Assembly (NCBI GenBank): GCA_947311125.1
Contig: CAMZKI010000048.1
Coordinates: forward strand, 1 to 48,976
Source of the DNA: an uncultured Chlorobiota bacterium
GTDB taxonomy: Bacteria > Bacteroidota > Bacteroidia > Bacteroidales > JAADGE01
DNA: 48,976 nucleotides
Direction of reading: 5' to 3'
A program made the position numbers and the translations under genes. Positions 44,058-48,976 of this stretch are shown one piece after another; the first letter of the stretch is position 1, and each line of letters opens with the position of its first letter. A model generated the notes under the pieces. It was not told the DNA's origin. It made no database searches and saw nothing but the letters and a program-made list of their open reading frames with translations.

Positions 44058-45272
44058 ATGCCCAAGAGACTGCTTTTCATTTCACCTGCAAACCTAACCG
44101 TAAACCCTCGCTTGCTTAAAGAGCTAAATCTTGCAGTAAGTCAAGGCTTTAAGGTTGATTTTGTAGGCTTTAAACTTGGTAATTGGAGCGATGAAATTGA
44201 TAAAAAACTTATCAAAAACATTGATGCAAATTTTCATTATATTTCAATAACTCGAAAGCCGTTTTTAAGCTGGTTTATAAATTCTGTTATAGAAAAAATA
44301 GCACAAAAAATTTATCCTTTTTTTAAGAAAATTTTTAAAATAAACGCTTACGCACACAGCAAAAGATCTATTTTATTAAATAATTACCTGAAAAAAAATA
44401 AAACAAAATACGACCTAATAATTGCCCACGTTTTGCCTACTTTATACCCTGCCTGCAAATTTGCAAAACGCACAAACACAAAATTTATTTTTGATATTGA
44501 AGACTACCACCCGGGCGAAGCAATCGGCAAACAGGCCGAAAGCGAAAAAGCAAGGCGTATTTTTTTGATGAAAAAGCTCTTACCCAAAGCCGCTTATATT
44601 ACCTACGCATCGCCTTTGATTGGCGAATACAGTTTAAAATTAGCAGAAAATTACTCCGAAAACAGGCATCAATTAATCAATAATTGTTTTTCGGTAGATG
44701 AATTTCAATTCAAACAAACCGGAAGCAAAAAAATAAAATTTGTTTGGTTTTCGCAAAATATTGCAGCGGGTAGAGGCTTGGAACTTGTTGTTCCTGCATT
44801 GGAAAAATTTCAAAATAAAATAGAATTACACCTTATCGGTAATTTGTATCAAACTTTTTACGATGATTTTCTTTCAAAACACAGTGATTTTATAAAAATT
44901 CACAAACCGCTACCACAAAAAGACTTAAACCTTAAACTTGCAGAATTTGACATTGGCTTGGCTATTGAACCGGGAAAAGACTTGAATAATAACATAGCTG
45001 TTTCAAATAAAATTTGGGCATATTTTCAAAGCGGTTTGTACATTTTAGCCAGCAATACGCCCGCACAGCTTCAATTTATTGAAAAACACAAAAATTGCGG
45101 AATAATTGCCCAACAAAACACCAACAGTTTTATAAACAAAATTTCCGAAATTATTGATACGATTGACACAATACGTGTAAACAAAAAAACACGTTTTGAA
45201 TATGCAAAAAACTTTGCTTGGGAGCAGGAAAGCCAGAAATTATTACAAATTTGGAAGCTTTTTATAAAATGA
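44058..45272 (+). CDS. GT-B-fold glycosyltransferase
   Basis: 404 aa. The N-terminal half is Rossmann-like. The C-terminal half has KFVWFSQNIAAGRGLE and SNKIWAYFQSGLYILASN. Confidence 0.65.
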   Translation: MPKRLLFISPANLTVNPRLLKELNLAVSQGFKVDFVGFKLGNWSDEIDKKLIKNIDANFHYISITRKPFLSWFINSVIEKIAQKIYPFFKKIFKINAYAHSKRSILLNNYLKKNKTKYDLIIAHVLPTLYPACKFAKRTNTKFIFDIEDYHPGEAIGKQAESEKARRIFLMKKLLPKAAYITYASPLIGEYSLKLAENYSENRHQLINNCFSVDEFQFKQTGSKKIKFVWFSQNIAAGRGLELVVPALEKFQNKIELHLIGNLYQTFYDDFLSKHSDFIKIHKPLPQKDLNLKLAEFDIGLAIEPGKDLNNNIAVSNKIWAYFQSGLYILASNTPAQLQFIEKHKNCGIIAQQNTNSFINKISEIIDTIDTIRVNKKTRFEYAKNFAWEQESQKLLQIWKLFIK

Positions 45273-45273
45273 T

Positions 45274-45349
45274 GGCGACAATTTTGCTAATTTCGCCAAA
45301 ATAGTCGCTACTATTTTAGTGTTTTCGCCAAAATAGTCGCTGCTATTTT
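45274..45349. repeat. Three copies of a ~13-bp box (one inverted, two direct within 26-bp direct repeats)
   Basis: TTCGCCAAAATAGTCGCTACTATTTT (45292-45317) and TTCGCCAAAATAGTCGCTGCTATTTT (45324-45349) match at 25 of 26 positions. GGCGACAATTTTG (45274-45286) is a reverse-complement near-match to CAAAATAGTCGCT. Confidence 0.8.
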
Positions 45350-45371
45350 TGTTTTTCTCTGAAAAATAGTG

Positions 45372-45390
45372 TTACTTTGTAACAAAGTAA
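45372..45390. promoter_or_regulatory. Perfect 9-1-9 palindrome immediately upstream of the ATPase gene (operator-like)
   Basis: TTACTTTGT A ACAAAGTAA at 45372-45390, ending 10 nt before the ATG at 45401. Confidence 0.5.
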
Positions 45391-45400
45391 TTGTTTTAAG

Positions 45401-46642
45401 ATGTTGAAATACAGAGAAAAATATTTATCAAAAATATATAAAAGTATTTCTGAAATGTCCATAACCGTTTTAATAGGTGCTAGGCAGGTAGGAAAAACTT
45501 CATTGCTCGAAAGTGTAAAAACGGATACCGATATTTTAAAATTAGACGGACAATTACCGGATATCAACAATCTGTTTGCCAATGTAAACGAGTTAATATC
45601 ATTTTTAAAAATCAAAATAAACAATGACTTAAACGGCTTACTTATTATTGATGAATTTCAAATGATAAGTAATGTGTCGTCAACATTAAAAATTTTAGTA
45701 GATAAATTTAAGAATTTAAAAATATTATGCAGCGGTAGCAGTAGTTTAGATATAATTCAAAAAGCTGAAGAATCATTATCGGGCAGAATAAGAATGATTT
45801 ATGTTTATTCCTTGTCCTTTTCAGAGAATATTTTATTTTATAAAAATGAATTATTTGAAGAATATAAAAAATACGATATAAATACCGCTACAAATATTAT
45901 TGCCCCCGAAATAAAACAAATATTGAACAAACAACTTATTTTTGGTGCTATGCCGAGAGTTTGTTTAAATGAGCAGGCAGAAACAAAAATGCAAATTCTT
46001 GATGATATTTATAAAACTTATTTATTGAGAGATGTTAAAGCATATATTCAGAATAAGGATTCGGTCGGGTTCAATAAGCTGCTAAGACTATTAGCTTTGC
46101 AAATCGGAAATATGGTTAATGTAAATGAAATTTCAAAAATTACGGGACTTTCTTATAATAAATGCGAAGATTTTATTTACTTACTCGAACAAATGTTTGT
46201 TATTAAATTAATAGAGCCTTATGAAACAAATAAACGGAAAGCGATAAAAAAAATGAGAAAAGTATTTTTTTTAGATTTAGGCATACGAAATATAATTATT
46301 CAAAATTTTAATTCGCCCGATTTAAGAACTGATACAGGTGCATTATTCGAGAATTTTGTTTTTTTAGAGATAATAAAACATTTAGAAAGCTACCACACTA
46401 TAAATTTTTACAGAACACGCGACGGAGCCGAAGTAGATTTTGTGCTTAATGATATGTTAAAAAAGAGTAGTTTTGAGGTCAAATATAAATCATTAGAAAA
46501 AACTGTTTATTACAAAGCTTTAAATAATTTTAATATAGATGAAAAAATAGCTCAATCTTATGTAGTTAATTTACAGCTGAATGCTAAACAAAACAAAATA
46601 CATTATTTACCTGCATACTTAATCGAAAAAATATTTACGTGA
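45401..46642 (+). CDS. AAA+ ATPase of the AAA_14/DUF4143 type
   Basis: VLIGARQVGKTSL Walker A, LLIIDEFQ Walker B, and a C-terminal FENFVFLEI...DGAEVDFV region typical of DUF4143. Confidence 0.8.
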   Translation: MLKYREKYLSKIYKSISEMSITVLIGARQVGKTSLLESVKTDTDILKLDGQLPDINNLFANVNELISFLKIKINNDLNGLLIIDEFQMISNVSSTLKILVDKFKNLKILCSGSSSLDIIQKAEESLSGRIRMIYVYSLSFSENILFYKNELFEEYKKYDINTATNIIAPEIKQILNKQLIFGAMPRVCLNEQAETKMQILDDIYKTYLLRDVKAYIQNKDSVGFNKLLRLLALQIGNMVNVNEISKITGLSYNKCEDFIYLLEQMFVIKLIEPYETNKRKAIKKMRKVFFLDLGIRNIIIQNFNSPDLRTDTGALFENFVFLEIIKHLESYHTINFYRTRDGAEVDFVLNDMLKKSSFEVKYKSLEKTVYYKALNNFNIDEKIAQSYVVNLQLNAKQNKIHYLPAYLIEKIFT

Positions 46643-47886
46643 AAAAAATATTCATTATAGCACCGCACTTTCCGCCCTCTGCGTTACCTCCGTCCCAAAG
46701 AGTTCGTTTAATGGTAAAACATCTGAAAAACTTAGGTTGGTATCCGCATATTTTTACTACAGAACCAAAATACAGAGAAGAAAAAGAAGACGCTTGGATG
46801 ACCGAACTTGCCGGTAATGATTTTGACATAACTGTCGTAAAAGCCTTAAACCAAAAAAAAACACGAAAATTCGGCATCGGAGATTTAGGCTTAAGAATGA
46901 TACCCTACCTTATGCCTGCCGTAAAAAAAGCCGCAAAAAAAGAAACGCCCGATTTTATACTTTACCCTGTTCCGCCCTGGTATATTTTGTTAATTGCACC
47001 GCTTATTAAAAGAAAAACCGACATTCCTTACGGAATAGACTTTATAGACCCTTGGTTTGTCGGCGAAATTCCGAAAGCTGCAAATTTTAAAAAACGCATA
47101 AGCCAAAAAATTGCACGCAGATTTGAAAGAAAAGCTGTTTTAAATGCAGATATTATATACTCAGTTTCAGAAGGAATAAATAATAATCTGAAAGAAAGAT
47201 ATAATTTGCCGAAAAGCAAGCCTCTTCTTGCAATTCCCTACGGTGTAGAACCCTCTGATTTTAATTTGAAAACAGAAAAAAAGACATCCGATAAAGTTAT
47301 TTTCAGGTATGTCGGTGCCGTATGGAATAACGCATATCCTGTTTTAGAACCGCTGTTAAAAGTTTTATCTGTAACAGAAAAGCAAATTCCTTTAAAAATT
47401 GAATTCTACGGAACATCTTATGCCGGTGAAAATTTGGCAAAGCCGCAAACGATTAAGTGGATTGAAAAATTTAGGATGCAGAACTATATGACAGAAAATC
47501 CTCTGCGTGTTTCGTATAAAAAGGCAGTTGAATTAACAATGACATCTGATATTATTCTGCTTTTCGGAGGAATGCAACCGTATTATGCCGCATCAAAACT
47601 TATGGGGCTTATTGCATCCGGCAAACCGTTCATTGCTTTTTTACATAAAGACTCTTTCCCTGCAGAATTTCTAAAACATCTTAACTATAAATACATTGTT
47701 ACATACTCGGAAAAAGAATTACCGGAAACAAAATTGAAGGAATTGACAGAAAAAATAAAAGAATTAATTAAAAACAAAGACAACTTTGCTAAATTTGACC
47801 TCTCAAATCCTTTAATTCAAAAACACACAGCATTAGGTATGACAAAAGAATTTGTTATGCCGATTGAAAATTTATTAAAAAAATAA
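46639..47886 (+). CDS. GT-B-fold glycosyltransferase (GT4-like)
   Basis: KKIFIIAPHFPPSALPPSQRVRLMVKHL resembles the N-terminus of the 40356 gene product, and ASKLMGLIASGKPFIAFL is also present. The GTG start overlaps the ATPase stop (GTGA). Confidence 0.7.
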   Translation: MKKIFIIAPHFPPSALPPSQRVRLMVKHLKNLGWYPHIFTTEPKYREEKEDAWMTELAGNDFDITVVKALNQKKTRKFGIGDLGLRMIPYLMPAVKKAAKKETPDFILYPVPPWYILLIAPLIKRKTDIPYGIDFIDPWFVGEIPKAANFKKRISQKIARRFERKAVLNADIIYSVSEGINNNLKERYNLPKSKPLLAIPYGVEPSDFNLKTEKKTSDKVIFRYVGAVWNNAYPVLEPLLKVLSVTEKQIPLKIEFYGTSYAGENLAKPQTIKWIEKFRMQNYMTENPLRVSYKKAVELTMTSDIILLFGGMQPYYAASKLMGLIASGKPFIAFLHKDSFPAEFLKHLNYKYIVTYSEKELPETKLKELTEKIKELIKNKDNFAKFDLSNPLIQKHTALGMTKEFVMPIENLLKK

Positions 47887-47887
47887 A

Positions 47888-48859
47888 ATGATAAATCACA
47901 GAGAAAAAATAAAAAATAAAAAAGTGCTTGTAACCGGCGGTGCCGGCTTTGTCGGTCACAACTTAGTAAGAAGTCTCGTAAACGATTATAATTGTGAGGT
48001 AATTGTGGTTGACGACCTGTCAAACAGTACAGAAAAAACCTTGTCTGATATTATTAAAAAAATCGAGTTTCATAAAATAAGTGTTTGCGACAAAGAAAAA
48101 CTGTTTCCGTTATTAAAAAATACCGATTATATATTTCATCTTGCCTGCAAGCAAATATCATCGTCAGGCTCCGAACCGAATGTTCATTTAAAAATAAATG
48201 CCGAAAGCACTTTAAATATTCTTGAATATATTCGGCATAATGACCTCCCGAATTTAAAACGTTTTATTTATACCGGCTCAACATCAATTTACGGAAGCTC
48301 CGTAAGGCTGCCGGTAAACGAAAACGATGCACCTGAAGTTTTGAGCAGTTATGCCGCAACGAAACTTCTCGGAGAAAATTTTACGGCTATGTATTGCAGA
48401 AACTATGACGTTCCTGCAACAGTAGTAAGATATTCAAACGTTTACGGCTACGGTCAAACTCCAAAAAACCCGTATGCCGGAGTTCTCGGCAAATTCATAC
48501 ACAATGCTCTTACAAACAAAACTCTTACTATTTTCGGAGACGGAGAACAAACCCGAGATTATACTTTTATAACAGATGCCGTTGATGCAACAATTCTTGC
48601 GGCAGTTCACCCGCGTGCATACGGCGATATTTTTAACATTGGAACAACTGTTGAAACATCCGTAAACAAACTTGTCGAAATTATTTCCGATTATGTGGGA
48701 GAAGTTAAATCAGAGAACGTTCCCGAACGTGATATTGACAATATAAGGAGACGTTCCGTAAGTATTTCAAAAATACACAAAAACCTTGGATGGGCTCCTC
48801 GCTTTGATATAAAAAGAGGCGTCAAAGAAACTATAGATTGGTATAAAACAATATTGTAA
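47888..48859 (+). CDS. NAD-dependent nucleotide-sugar epimerase/dehydratase (extended SDR)
   Basis: KVLVTGGAGFVGHNLV, YAATK catalytic motif and RYSNVYG. Specificity is not assignable by eye. Confidence 0.85.
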   Translation: MINHREKIKNKKVLVTGGAGFVGHNLVRSLVNDYNCEVIVVDDLSNSTEKTLSDIIKKIEFHKISVCDKEKLFPLLKNTDYIFHLACKQISSSGSEPNVHLKINAESTLNILEYIRHNDLPNLKRFIYTGSTSIYGSSVRLPVNENDAPEVLSSYAATKLLGENFTAMYCRNYDVPATVVRYSNVYGYGQTPKNPYAGVLGKFIHNALTNKTLTIFGDGEQTRDYTFITDAVDATILAAVHPRAYGDIFNIGTTVETSVNKLVEIISDYVGEVKSENVPERDIDNIRRRSVSISKIHKNLGWAPRFDIKRGVKETIDWYKTIL

Positions 48860-48863
48860 CAGT

Positions 48864-48976
48864 GTGAAAAAACTGGCCATAATCATAACACACCCTATAC
48901 AATACTATTCGCCGCTGTTTAAGCTTTTGGCGGAAAGGAATAAAATCCGGATAAAAGTTTTTTACACATGGGAGCA
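48864..48976 (+). CDS. Partial CDS: N-terminus of another glycosyltransferase-like protein (runs off the window)
   Basis: GTG-initiated VKKLAIIITHPIQYYSPLFKLLAERNKIRIKVFYTWE.... This is a GT-B-like N-terminal strand-loop-helix pattern, truncated by the window edge. Confidence 0.45.
   Translation, partial: MKKLAIIITHPIQYYSPLFKLLAERNKIRIKVFYTWE

Noticed and set aside
1-48976. CRISPR arrays, tRNA/rRNA genes, IS elements, integrases
   Set aside because: I saw no regularly spaced repeat array, no cloverleaf-like or rRNA-like GC-rich segments, and no transposase or integrase-like ORF on either strand. The only notable repeats are those at 45274-45390.

Overview
This is an AT-rich chromosomal window that looks Bacteroidota-like. 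The evidence is repeated TAnnTTTG -7 promoter boxes, a CarboxypepD_reg-type TonB-dependent receptor, DUF2147 and MORN-variant proteins, and no obvious Shine-Dalgarno sites. All calls rest on by-eye motif recognition in the supplied ORF translations and the raw sequence. No searches or computations were run.

Positions 1-17.2 kb are ordinary housekeeping genes: a lipoprotein, an NhaD antiporter, map, bcp, recA, a TonB-dependent receptor, class II RNR nrdJ, a threonine-dehydrogenase-like SDR, DUF2147, a BASS transporter, recX and a UbiD decarboxylase. They are separated by clear hairpin/T-tract terminators.

Positions 17.2-24.5 kb hold a membrane-anchored Ser/Thr kinase, a PP2C phosphatase and an FHA protein. 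These three bracket an opposite-strand cassette of sulfotransferase, FemAB/GNAT-like protein and Wzx flippase.

From 25.2 kb to the window end there is one long, almost gap-free plus-strand glycan operon. It contains:
- cysC (APS kinase, which makes PAPS) and the Wzm/Wzt ABC exporter
- two more sulfotransferases and two XAT-type acetyltransferases
- an fdtA/fdtC/fdtB-like dTDP-3-acetamido-3,6-dideoxyhexose set
- a WbvB/WbvR/WbvD-like UDP-6-deoxy-L-HexNAc set and a second wecB
- an FkbM methyltransferase and at least 7 glycosyltransferases
- an embedded DUF4143-type AAA ATPase

The main lead is that this appears to be a pathway for a sulfated, acetylated, possibly methylated surface polysaccharide with a kinase/phosphatase/FHA module next to it. 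Four genes in or beside the locus are visibly broken: a LolA-like remnant, a nonsense codon in a wecB-like gene, an A8-tract frameshift in FkbM, and a truncated glycosyltransferase paralog. I found no rRNA, tRNA, CRISPR array or recognisable transposase.
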